Below, one piece after another: positions 54,701-64,000 of a stretch of 64,000 nt of DNA. Position numbers and translations under genes: made by a program. Numbering within the stretch: position 1 is the first letter of the stretch; each line of letters opens with the position of its first letter. The notes beneath the pieces are model-generated. The model searched no databases, was not told where the DNA came from, and saw only the letters and a program-made list of their open reading frames with translations. Source of the stretch: Aulosira sp. ZfuVER01 (GTDB lineage Bacteria > Cyanobacteriota > Cyanobacteriia > Cyanobacteriales > Nostocaceae); the NCBI GenBank assembly GCA_034530615.2, contig JAVRCV020000037.1, positions 29,942 through 93,941 on the forward strand, written 5' to 3'.

Positions 54701-55717
54701 TCACCCTAAAACAGCAGGACTTACCGCCTTTACCTCTCTTTGAGCAGGTGGACGCATTTCTAAGCCCAGTAAGTTTAACATTTCCCGGTCACTATCGTAA
54801 TCTGGACAAGGAGTTGTCACTGTTAGCATTTTGTTGTCGTCGCTGGAAAAGATAGAATTGGCTCCTGCCATAAAGCAGAAGGCTTGTTCAACTTGGGAAA
54901 GTCTCGCCCTCCCAGCACTGAGACGCACATCGGAAGCTGGCATAACAATGCGTGCTGTAGCAATCATCCTGACTACATCCCATATTGGGACATCTGGTTG
55001 ATTTTCTAAGGGTGTGCCTGGTACTTGGGAGAGTATATTAATTGGTACAGATTCGGGATGAGGACTGAGGTTTGCCAAGGTATGTAACATGGCGATGCGA
55101 TCGCTGGCAGTTTCACCCAAGCCGAGAATACCCCCGGAGCATACGGTAACATTAGTCTGACGGACATTTTCAATTGTATTCAGGCGATCGTCATAAGTCC
55201 TAGTAGTGATGATGGTGCTGTAATGCTCCCGTGAGGTATCCAGGTTATGGTTATAGGCGTAAAGTCCGGCTTCTTCTAGTCGCTTTGCCTGTCCTGCTGT
55301 TAGCATCCCCAAGGTGCAACAGACTTCTAAACCCATTGCGGTGACATCTTGCACCATTTCTAGTACTGTCTCAAATTGGGAATTATCCCGCACTTCACGC
55401 CAAGCTGCGCCCATGCAAATCCGGCTGACACCTGTCTGTTTGGCTTTTTGGGCAATGCTAACTACCGTATCTTTCTCTAAAAGCGCTTCGGCTTTTACCT
55501 CTGTTTTGTAGCGGGAAGATTGGGCACAGTAGTTACAATCTTCTGGACAACCTCCGGTTTTAATGGAAATTAGTTTACAAACTTGAATTTGTTTTGGGTC
55601 ATGATATTGGCGATGCACGCTAGCAGCTTGATAAATAAGCTCTAGCAATGGCGTATTGTATATTGCCTGAATTTCTGATTCTTGCCAATCGTAGCGTATT
55701 CTTCCCACCGACATCAC
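54701..55717 (-). CDS. bioB: Biotin synthase
   Basis: [17 protein letters not shown] (radical SAM CxxxCxxC), [20 protein letters not shown]. Confidence 0.96.
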   Translation of the reverse strand: MMSVGRIRYDWQESEIQAIYNTPLLELIYQAASVHRQYHDPKQIQVCKLISIKTGGCPEDCNYCAQSSRYKTEVKAEALLEKDTVVSIAQKAKQTGVSRICMGAAWREVRDNSQFETVLEMVQDVTAMGLEVCCTLGMLTAGQAKRLEEAGLYAYNHNLDTSREHYSTIITTRTYDDRLNTIENVRQTNVTVCSGGILGLGETASDRIAMLHTLANLSPHPESVPINILSQVPGTPLENQPDVPIWDVVRMIATARIVMPASDVRLSAGRARLSQVEQAFCFMAGANSIFSSDDNKMLTVTTPCPDYDSDREMLNLLGLEMRPPAQREVKAVSPAVLG

Positions 55718-56166
55718 TTATCCTTCTTATAGGCTGGATTTATCAAGAGCTGTCTTTTCGTTGAATATCTTAAGATACAGCATTTGGCAAAGCGATCGCA
55801 TAAAGTTACGCTGCGGATTGTCCGGGAATTGCGATCGCCTTTACATCTATTTGCTATAGATATTAGAAATCAGCTTATCAATATTTTGGTTGTGCAGTAG
55901 ATTCACCGTCGAAATACTTGTTCTCCCAATCCTCAAAGAAGCAACCTCCTAAGCCGCTAGAGAGCTAACTTTTGGGAATAAATTCCTCAAGGTGGATAAG
56001 ATAACCAAGGCTGCTGCTGCTAAATTTATCAATTGTGGGTAATGTTGATCAAATTTCTGTACACTAAATTACACTTTTTTATTTAATCCCCATCCCTAAT
56101 CAGGCGAGAGAAAAGTTAAATTAACCTAAAAAATTTAGCGAACAATTAAGTTAAGTATTGATTTTT

Positions 56167-56736
56167 ATGAAATCAGAGCTACCACTGATAACAAGCGATC
56201 GCCTATTATTAAGAATCGGTATTCAAGAAGACATACCACAGATTCTCAAATATTTTACGGAGAACAAAGAATATCTTACTCCATATTACCCAAATTGGGC
56301 TGAGGGATTTTTTACAGAGAAATACTGGCAATATCAGGTTGAAGGTAATTTAATCGAATTTATTAACGATCACTCATTAAAATTATTTATTTATCCCAAG
56401 AAAAATCTGACTGAAATTATTGGAACTGTCAATTTTAGTAATTTTGTCCGAGGTGCTGCTCATTTTTGCTTTGTGGGATATAGTCTGGCGGAAAATGAAC
56501 AAGGTAAAGGCTATATGACAGAAGCACTGCAAGCAGCTACTCAGTACGTTTTTCAAGAGTTAAGTATGCACCGCATCATGGCAAATTATATGCCTCACAA
56601 TCAACGTAGTGGTAATGTACTTAAAAGACTTGGTTTTGTTGTCGAAGGATATGCCAGGGACTATTTGTTAATTAATGGGCAATGGCAGGATCATATTCTT
56701 ACCAGTCTCACAAATTCTAACTGGCAAAAATTCTAA
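56167..56736 (+). CDS. rimJ: RimJ/RimL-family GNAT N-acetyltransferase
   Basis: SDRLLLR, VGYSLAENEQGKGYMTEAL, HRIMANYMPHNQRS, YLLINGQWQDH. Confidence 0.8.
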   Translation: MKSELPLITSDRLLLRIGIQEDIPQILKYFTENKEYLTPYYPNWAEGFFTEKYWQYQVEGNLIEFINDHSLKLFIYPKKNLTEIIGTVNFSNFVRGAAHFCFVGYSLAENEQGKGYMTEALQAATQYVFQELSMHRIMANYMPHNQRSGNVLKRLGFVVEGYARDYLLINGQWQDHILTSLTNSNWQKF

Positions 56737-57071
56737 TCTTCGCTAAATAGTTTTGGACTAATTTGTACTAGTTACTATTGAAACATAGAAAAATTCATAA
56801 CAATACCATACCAAATACACAATAACTCCACAATCGACTGTAATAGTAATTGAAGTTCATACCAAGTTGCTTCAGCAACACCAGGTGAAAGGGGAAGATG
56901 ATAACCAATATCTAATTCCCCACTTTTTTACTCAGTATCAGTAAGTTCGTAGTTAGGACTTGAGTCGTGGATTTTGAAGCACGAAAGTGCTTACTAAAAA
57001 TAAAGCTTTTGCGATGAACTACTAGTGCCAGAGTTACTATTAAGAGAAGAATTAATCAAGCTTTACTTGTA

Positions 57072-58529
57072 ATGACTCTGGCTGAAACTCCCAACCAAAC
57101 AAATTCTAGCAATCCTTTTCTTACACTCAAATACGAACCAGCCTTAGAATCTTTAGGCAATGACTACTACGACGAAGTTGCAGCAGCAGAATTTCCGCAA
57201 CATATCCTACGCTGGCGCAACGACGCAGTTCTACCGCGATTAGGACTAAATCCTCAAGCAGTCACCGATGAAGATTTCATTAACGCCTTTGGCAAGTTTC
57301 AAGAGCGCAAACCTTTGTTAGCCTTGCGTTATCATGGCTATCAATTTGGTGAATATAACTCTGCTTTAGGTGATGGTAGAGGCTTTCTCTACGGACAAGT
57401 GCGTGGTATTGATGGCGAATTGTACGATTTTGGGACAAAAGGTTCTGGTAAAACTCCCTACTCCCGTGGCGGCGATGGGATGCTGACACTCAAAGGTGGA
57501 GTTAGAGAAGTTCTCGCGGCGGAGGCTTTGCATTACCTGGGTGTACGCACCTCACGCTGTTTAAGCATGGTTGAAACAGGTTTATCTCTGTGGCGAGGTG
57601 ACGAACCTTCACCAACTCGCTCATCTGTAATGGTAAGAATGAGCAGTTCTCATATTCGGTTTGGAACTTTTGAGCGATCGCACTATTTACGCCGTCCAGA
57701 TTTAACCCAAAAGTTATTAGACCATGTAATTGAGCATTACTATCGTCACCTAAATCAAGAACAAGATAAATACGCTCTATTTTACGCAGAATTAGTTAAA
57801 AGAGTAGCACAGCTTGTTGCTCAGTGGATGGCTGCTGGCTTTTGTCATGCAGTCTTAAATACCGACAATATGTCAATTACTGGGGAGAGTTTTGACTACG
57901 GCCCTTATGCGTTTATACCCACTTACGACCCCTATTTTACTGCTGCATATTTTGATTACTATAGACGCTATTGTTACAGCTATCAGCCAGGGATTTGTAA
58001 GTTGAATTTAGAAATGCTTCAAGAACCTTTAAAAGCAGTAATGGATAAAGGTGATTTGGAGTATGGATTAGCTAGCTTTGATGAATATTATCGTGCTGAA
58101 TATCGCACTTTAATGTTGAAAAAGCTAGGTTTTGAGCAGTTGCTAGTTCCCGAACTTGATGAGCTTTTTCCCCTAACACTAGAATTTTTGCAAGAGAGCC
58201 AAGTTGGTTATCACGAATTCTTTTATGAGATGGCTCGTACTTTTTCAATTAAATGGCGAGATGACCCAGCGTTTGTTTTGTATAGCTCGGATGTTGCACC
58301 AGCTACGGGATCATCAGCAATTTTCGATAATTGGTGCATTTTGTACCATAAAATTTTAAATAATTTTGCTCCTGAGCAAATGAATATAATTGCGCAGACT
58401 TTGAAGCTTTATAATCCGAAAACAGCTTTACTAAGACCTGTAATTGAATCAGTTTGGGAACCAATTGCACAGGAAGATAACTGGCAACCATTTTATGATT
58501 TAATTGACACAATTAAATTAGGTATTTAG
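57072..58529 (+). CDS. selO: Protein adenylyltransferase SelO/YdiU
   Basis: YHGYQFG...[39 protein letters not shown]. Confidence 0.92.
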   Translation: MTLAETPNQTNSSNPFLTLKYEPALESLGNDYYDEVAAAEFPQHILRWRNDAVLPRLGLNPQAVTDEDFINAFGKFQERKPLLALRYHGYQFGEYNSALGDGRGFLYGQVRGIDGELYDFGTKGSGKTPYSRGGDGMLTLKGGVREVLAAEALHYLGVRTSRCLSMVETGLSLWRGDEPSPTRSSVMVRMSSSHIRFGTFERSHYLRRPDLTQKLLDHVIEHYYRHLNQEQDKYALFYAELVKRVAQLVAQWMAAGFCHAVLNTDNMSITGESFDYGPYAFIPTYDPYFTAAYFDYYRRYCYSYQPGICKLNLEMLQEPLKAVMDKGDLEYGLASFDEYYRAEYRTLMLKKLGFEQLLVPELDELFPLTLEFLQESQVGYHEFFYEMARTFSIKWRDDPAFVLYSSDVAPATGSSAIFDNWCILYHKILNNFAPEQMNIIAQTLKLYNPKTALLRPVIESVWEPIAQEDNWQPFYDLIDTIKLGI

Positions 58530-58631
58530 GTAGCTATCATTAGCCTATTCTCTTTGTGTCTCTGTGTTTCAATATTTTTCATCACTAAGACACAAAGTAT
58601 TTTCAAGTTAGTCCAATGCTGCCCAATTAAT

Positions 58632-59681
58632 TTAATTAGTGGCACTACTATAGATTTTCCCAAACGTGCGATCGCAATTAATTTCAATCACTAAATCAAC
58701 TAATTTGGCAGACTTAACCAAGGGCTTAATAAATAACTCTGGGTGTAGCGATCGCCAAAAATAATTGACAAATTGTTCTATCTCTGATTCGCTCATTCCA
58801 GGTTTACCAGCTGCGATCATCTGCTGTTCTGCTTGTTTGCGCCATGTTAAGGAACAGCGATAATCAGTTGGATACAAAACTATTAAACTATCCAAGCGCT
58901 CCCAAAGCGGCAGGTAATTCTCTAACTGACGATTCATCTCACGGGCAAATTGTCGATCCTCATCTGTGAAAATGGGTGGTGGTGCGTTATCAAAGTCCTG
59001 TGGCTCAATTGGTCGCGCTCCCACAAACCAACCTTCAAATAGCAAAATATCCACGTCTGAGGCAATTTCTGGAGTAGTGCGATCGCCTGCACCGTTGTAA
59101 GCTGATTTATCAAAACGAGGGACGACTACCGGATTTTGTGACTGGTGAATCTGGTTTAGTAAATTTAAGCCTAAGTCGATATCGTGGGTTCCTGGCGGCC
59201 CGCGCCAAATTAAGCGGGGGTCTTGTTGTGTTAAAACTAAGCGATCGCTATAGGTTTTGTATAAGTCATCTAAAGATAAATTCAGGGTGCGGTATCCTAA
59301 CTGCTGAAGAATCAAGGTTAGCGCTTTGCACATTGTGGTTTTACCAGTTCCCTGTACACCTAAAATTCCCTGAATTAGAGGATGTCCCAATTTTTGATGC
59401 ACTGATGCGATTTTGATTGCCAAAGGTAGCCACAAATCCCAGAGGATATGTAACATCTCTTGCGGTTGCACTTGCAGAGTAGTTTGGCAAAACTCACGAA
59501 AAGCTGGAAGCACAGATTTGAGTAACTGCGATCGTGCTTGGATAGCTTCATCCACATTTTCTGGTACGATCCCAAAAGCTTGCGCCCGGAAACTATCTGC
59601 TAAAGCTGCTTCTCTTGCTTTTTGTTGCCAAGTTTCCGTAGTTGTATCCGTTGTCAGAATTTCACTTAGCCATGAATTCAT
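58632..59681 (-). CDS. D-glycerate 3-kinase (plant GLYK-like P-loop kinase)
   Basis: GILGVQGTGKTT, SLDDLY, RGPPGTHD, PRFDKS..G.GDR, FEGWFVG. Confidence 0.85.
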   Translation of the reverse strand: MNSWLSEILTTDTTTETWQQKAREAALADSFRAQAFGIVPENVDEAIQARSQLLKSVLPAFREFCQTTLQVQPQEMLHILWDLWLPLAIKIASVHQKLGHPLIQGILGVQGTGKTTMCKALTLILQQLGYRTLNLSLDDLYKTYSDRLVLTQQDPRLIWRGPPGTHDIDLGLNLLNQIHQSQNPVVVPRFDKSAYNGAGDRTTPEIASDVDILLFEGWFVGARPIEPQDFDNAPPPIFTDEDRQFAREMNRQLENYLPLWERLDSLIVLYPTDYRCSLTWRKQAEQQMIAAGKPGMSESEIEQFVNYFWRSLHPELFIKPLVKSAKLVDLVIEINCDRTFGKIYSSATN

Positions 59682-59686
59682 AGTCT

Positions 59687-60019
59687 TTACGAACCCAGCT
59701 TAAAGGCTTCAATAAACAGGCTGTAGGTGAAACCAACCTTGAGAATATTTAGCGATTCTACCCAAAGCGATCGCCTAGATAAAAAACTACGACTGTAGAA
59801 TATTCTGCTAGTAATTTCTGTTAAAAATACTAAAAATGCTGCTACAACAATGTCCAATTCAGCCTTCTGTCCGGCTGTTGTGGAAATTGCCGTTCCCAGA
59901 AAAGTACCAAACAAAAAACTAATTATCAGTAGCGAAAAACGCCGCCAAGGGTTAACAAACCATTGTTCCAACCGCCTAGCAATGGCATCAAGCAAGTTAT
60001 TTAGACGAGTGTTTTGCAT
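59687..60019 (-). CDS. ycf20: Ycf20 / DUF565 protein
   Basis: MQNTRL...NPWRR...EAFKLGS. Confidence 0.88.
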   Translation of the reverse strand: MQNTRLNNLLDAIARRLEQWFVNPWRRFSLLIISFLFGTFLGTAISTTAGQKAELDIVVAAFLVFLTEITSRIFYSRSFLSRRSLWVESLNILKVGFTYSLFIEAFKLGS

Positions 60020-60629
60020 GGGACTGCAATAGAAAAGTCAAGAAATCATGAAATATTCCTCTTCTTGAGGATATCGGTTTTAGCATAAGCTGGTTTTAAA
60101 AGTAGTTTAGATATTTATTGGATGTTCAGTGTCGATTACATTTTATACATGGTGCTATCTCCAAGAAAGTGCAGCTCCTCAAAGAATTTTTGAATATGAG
60201 GTATCACCCCTCAACAAGAAGAGTTATCTTAAAATATGAAGTGTGAAATATTAAGAAAAATAAAGCTCATTCCCCAAGTAAACCTCTGGGTTTGTCGCCA
60301 TATTCTTAGTTGCGATCGCTACTTCTAAAATCAAAATTACTCTTTGTGGTTCTACGAATAAATTTGCTAGCTATGTATCATATTGTTTGTTTTAGTTCAT
60401 CTTTCCTAAAAGATAGTGCCTTGATTAATCAGGTTTGTACCTGATTTGTCGATTAAGAATCAAGGTAATTGTTTTTGCTAGTATGTTTCCTGAAAATGCT
60501 ACCTATGATACATAGCATGACTTGATTTCAGGAGACTCTATAGTAGGCAGTTTCTGTACTTGCCACTTCCAAGAATAGGCTACTATTTGGTCAAGCCTAG
60601 ACAAATACTTATTTCTAATAACTATCAAT

Positions 60630-61262
60630 ATGAAAACGTCAGTGTATCGTAACGCTGCTGTTCTAGCCTGTTCTTTAGGACTGTTAGGGTTACTGGTGGG
60701 GTGCTTTGGGATGAGTGTTTCTTTTGAGACTACAGATCCAGACGCAGCTGCATCACAGCCCGATGAAACTCCTCAGGTTTCAAGCAATCCATCGTCATCT
60801 GTTGCTCATGAAACATTTACCTCCACTAACGTTTCCAATTCAGTAACTACCGCAAGTAACCAAGTAGAATATAGCACTAATCAGGGTACTCCCCGCCTAG
60901 CATATAGTCAAGACTCAAGGGGAAATGCTCAGGATCGAGGAACTTTGCGTATGAGTAATCAAACTAATCAGCCTGTGCGACTAGCTTTACTAGCGCGACA
61001 GACGGCGGTTAAAAGTTCTTCTGCTGCGAAAAACCAGCATGATATCCCAGCACATTGGGATTTTGCCCCTCAAGAAGGAAGTGAAAAAGGACTGCTGCTA
61101 TCTTTGCCTAACGGTAACTTAAAGCTAGAAAAGGGAGATATTGTAGTCGCCTTTGCACAAGATGGTTCCCGCCGCTACTGGGGCCCTTATGTGGTTGGTG
61201 AAACATCCCTACCTAAATGGGATTCCCAAAAGCAGGAATGGCAATTAATACTCACTCAATAG
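60630..61262 (+). CDS. Hypothetical lipoprotein
   Basis: LVGC lipobox, Ser/Thr-rich linker, compact C-terminal domain (HWDFAP...YWGPYVVG). Confidence 0.75.
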   Translation: MKTSVYRNAAVLACSLGLLGLLVGCFGMSVSFETTDPDAAASQPDETPQVSSNPSSSVAHETFTSTNVSNSVTTASNQVEYSTNQGTPRLAYSQDSRGNAQDRGTLRMSNQTNQPVRLALLARQTAVKSSSAAKNQHDIPAHWDFAPQEGSEKGLLLSLPNGNLKLEKGDIVVAFAQDGSRRYWGPYVVGETSLPKWDSQKQEWQLILTQ

Positions 61263-61266
61263 TCAG

Positions 61267-61357
61267 TAGGGGTGGGTTTATCGATATATTTGGTCAATCC
61301 GCCCTACTTCCTAATTAGATATGTGGGTTAAACTCGCCCTTACAACAGTCAACAGTC
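61267..61357. repeat. REP-like GTAGGGG(T/C)GGGTTT...CCGCCCTAC palindromic repeat plus (AACAGTC) heptamers
   Basis: Inverted arms and heptamer copies visible in the intergenic region. Confidence 0.5.
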
Positions 61358-61429
61358 GACAATTAAAGAACAAAATATAACTAGTCAACGACTAATGATT
61401 GTTGGCTATTAACAATTGACTGATAAGTA

Positions 61430-63304
61430 ATGAAGATGAAATTGAGCCTTCCCCACAATTTTGACCAGTGGTTTAAAAATATACTAAAGCGTCCAGCCCT
61501 TGCTGTGGCTGTATCGGTGCTGTGGTTGATTGTAATTGGTTGGGTAGCTTATGGTTGGAATCTAGGCAACGTTGGCTTGGTAGATGAAACAGAACCACTG
61601 TTTGCCGAAGCTTCCCGTCAAATGTTTATTACTGGGGATTGGATCACGCCCTTTTTCGATGGCGAGACTCGCTTCGATAAGCCTGCTTTAATCTACTGGT
61701 GTCAAGCGATCGCCTATGCAATTATGGGCGTTAATGAGTGGTCAGTGCGGCTTCCGTCAGTCCTAGCAGCGATGGGAGTCATTGGTTTAGCGTTTTACAC
61801 AGTACACTGGTCTCTTGCCAGACAAGATGAATTAGAGCAAGTTTCACGCCCTGTCCGTCGTTACTTAACAGCAGCTTTAGCAGCAACTATCATGGCACTA
61901 ACCCCAGAAATGATTGCCTGGGGACGAATCGGTGTCTCTGATATGTTGCTGACTGGGTGCATTGCCTCAGCCTTGCTATGCTTTTTTCTGGGGTACGCAG
62001 AAAATTCACAATTCTCAATTGCAAATTCAAAATTACCTAACAAATGGTATTTGGCTTGTTATGTACTAATTGCTGGGGCAATTTTAACCAAAGGGCCTGT
62101 GGGGATTGTCCTGCCTGGGATCATTATCGGTGCATTTGTACTCTACCTAGGAAAATTGAGTGAAGTATGGCAAGAAATGCGTCCTTTGATGGGGATGCTA
62201 GTTATCTTAGTTTTATCAGTCCCCTGGTATGCACTAGTAATTTGGCGTAATGGCTGGACTTATATTAATTCTTTTTTTGGTTATCACAACCTAGAACGCT
62301 TTACAGAAGTAGTTAATGGTCACTCAGCGCCTTGGTATTTTTACTTTCTAGTAGTGCTTTTAGGGTTTGCACCATACTCAGTCTACCTACCAGCAGCGAT
62401 GATCAGACTGAAGTTTTGGCAGCGATCGCATTGGCGTTCGCAAGAACGTTCTCAACAATTAGGTTTATTTGCTTGCATATGGTTTGTGAGTGTGTTTGGC
62501 TTTTTCACAATTGCTGTCACCAAACTCCCCAGTTATGTACTGCCATTAATGCCAGCAGCAGCCATTTTAGTGGCCTTGTTATGGAGTGACTTCATACCAG
62601 ATACCGAAACCCAACACCAGAGAATTTTCCCAGCCCCCACATCCTTTTTCTGGAGTGCTTGGGTAAATGTAGTACTTTTATCAGCAGTGGCAGTAGCACT
62701 GTTTCAATTATCTAAGTTAGTCGGCTACGATCCCGCTGCACCTAACCTATACCAGCTAATTCAACAGTTGGGTTTACCAATTATGGGTGGTATGATTTGG
62801 CTCCTTTGTGCCATAGTCATTGCAGCTTCCATCCTCATTCGTCGTTGGCAGTGGATTATCAGTGCAAACCTGCTGGGATTTATCGCATTTTTTATTATAG
62901 TTTTGATGCCTGCTTTGTTGGTGATGGATCAGCAGCGTCAGCTACCTTTAAGAGAATTGTCTGCGACAATAGTACAAGTACAACAACCAAATGAAGAATT
63001 AGTCATGCTTGGCTTCAAAAAACCAAGTGTGGTGTTTTACAGCCATAAGCACGTTACGTACTTACCATCTTCACAAGAAGTTGTAGACCATATTCACAAG
63101 CAGACTACTAAGGCAGTCAAACCTACCTCAATACTACTTTTAGCAGAGCAGGACAGGTTTGTGCAAATGGGCTTACAGCCTGATGATTACCAGCACATAA
63201 CCAGCAAGGGTGCTTATTATCTAGTTCGAGTTCCTGTGAAAAAAATAAAAAATGAAAAACTGGATATATCCTACTCTCTGCCTACTGAAAAAATCTCTAA
63301 TTAA
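61430..63304 (+). CDS. ArnT/PMT-family (GT83/GT39) GT-C glycosyltransferase
   Basis: VDETEPLFAEASRQM, RFDKPAL, SVRLPS, LTKGP, TKLPSYVLP. Confidence 0.88.
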   Translation: MKMKLSLPHNFDQWFKNILKRPALAVAVSVLWLIVIGWVAYGWNLGNVGLVDETEPLFAEASRQMFITGDWITPFFDGETRFDKPALIYWCQAIAYAIMGVNEWSVRLPSVLAAMGVIGLAFYTVHWSLARQDELEQVSRPVRRYLTAALAATIMALTPEMIAWGRIGVSDMLLTGCIASALLCFFLGYAENSQFSIANSKLPNKWYLACYVLIAGAILTKGPVGIVLPGIIIGAFVLYLGKLSEVWQEMRPLMGMLVILVLSVPWYALVIWRNGWTYINSFFGYHNLERFTEVVNGHSAPWYFYFLVVLLGFAPYSVYLPAAMIRLKFWQRSHWRSQERSQQLGLFACIWFVSVFGFFTIAVTKLPSYVLPLMPAAAILVALLWSDFIPDTETQHQRIFPAPTSFFWSAWVNVVLLSAVAVALFQLSKLVGYDPAAPNLYQLIQQLGLPIMGGMIWLLCAIVIAASILIRRWQWIISANLLGFIAFFIIVLMPALLVMDQQRQLPLRELSATIVQVQQPNEELVMLGFKKPSVVFYSHKHVTYLPSSQEVVDHIHKQTTKAVKPTSILLLAEQDRFVQMGLQPDDYQHITSKGAYYLVRVPVKKIKNEKLDISYSLPTEKISN

Positions 63305-63458
63305 ACAAACTCTATAGGCCAAAGCAGTGAGATATTGGTCAGCAATGTAGCTAAATAATAGCTGACTTATCTCATGCTTGGATAATTTGACAATAGTGAG
63401 CATTGTCTATCTAATAAGAATTTAGAGTTCGCATATATTTATTAGAGGAGGAGTAGCG

Positions 63459-63884
63459 ATGTCTTCGCTCGAGGATAACAAGATGATTGCTAGAAGATGG
63501 CTCCAACTCATTAGTGAGCATAAGATCGATGATATCTGTGAGATGACCGACACAGCTTGGAGGATGCATGGTGGTCCCCCAGAGCTTTCCCTAGGACATA
63601 ATGGAGTCCGAGAGCTATTTCGGCAAATTGGACCTATCGATCAGCAATGGACAGTTGAAGATGTAATTGCTGAAGGTGATAAAGTTGTTATCCGTGCAAC
63701 TAATACCTGCGTTCAAGAGAGTTTTTTAGGGATACCCAGTCGAGATCGCCAACAAATCTTCACAGCTACTTTCATTCATCAGATTTCTGGAGGAAAGATC
63801 CTTGAAACCTGGCGAAACGCAGATGATCTGGGTCGTATTTTTCAGCTAGGAGCAAGGATTGAGCCAGGAACATCTGATCCTTAA
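63459..63884 (+). CDS. SnoaL-like ester cyclase family protein
   Basis: LEDNKMIARRW, VEDVIAEGDKVVIR, GGKILETW..ADDLG; strong GGAGG RBS. Confidence 0.8.
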   Translation: MSSLEDNKMIARRWLQLISEHKIDDICEMTDTAWRMHGGPPELSLGHNGVRELFRQIGPIDQQWTVEDVIAEGDKVVIRATNTCVQESFLGIPSRDRQQIFTATFIHQISGGKILETWRNADDLGRIFQLGARIEPGTSDP

Positions 63885-63951
63885 GCTGGACTTCTCTCTG
63901 CAAATATACCTACATAGGCTCAACAGTCTGTCATTGCAAAGGTGAAATAGC

Positions 63952-63987
63952 AAAAAGCCCCTGCAAAATTACATGGAGGGGCTTTTG
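63952..63987. terminator. Putative bidirectional terminator
   Basis: AAAAGCCCC ... GGGGCTTTT stem. Confidence 0.6.
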
Positions 63988-64000
63988 TGAGATTATAAAC

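Noticed and set aside
55739..55790. SAM-I riboswitch suggested by TTATCAAGAG near bioB
   Set aside because: It lies on the strand opposite to bioB, and I could not see the remaining SAM-I core elements.

Overview
Chromosomal window from a heterocyst-forming (Nostocales-type) cyanobacterium. The assignment rests on dense HIP1 octamers (GCGATCGC), heptamer STRR tandem repeats, xisH/xisI, Uma2 genes and a cyanobacterial tmRNA tag. From 1 to 20.5 kb there is a divergently transcribed sensor kinase and a Wzx/Wzy-type exopolysaccharide cluster. The cluster ends in two GT87/DUF2029 (GT-C) transferases, a polyprenyl-phosphate phosphoribosyltransferase, a YqeG-type HAD phosphatase, an SMR-like membrane protein, an ATP-grasp enzyme and an unknown exported protein. 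My top finding is that these genes look like a lipid-linked (polyprenyl-P-ribose) pentosylation pathway with no DprE1/E2 epimerase in the window. Next come holB, tmk, an amino-acid-permease/PAS/histidine-kinase fusion, argS, Uma2, xisHI, tmRNA (absent from the ORF track), the atp operon (atpI-B-E-F'-F-H-A-G), a methyltransferase and apcEABC. These are followed by an uncharacterised six-gene glycosyltransferase/FHA/lipoprotein locus, ftsW, a NUDIX gene, a broken PIN toxin-antitoxin pair, Uma2, aroB, petL (also absent from the ORF track), bioB, a RimJ-like GNAT, selO/ydiU, glycerate kinase, ycf20, a lipoprotein, an ArnT/PMT-type transferase and a SnoaL-like protein. I saw no CRISPR array, rRNA, tRNA, transposase or integrase. 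All calls come from reading motifs by eye; no searches were run.
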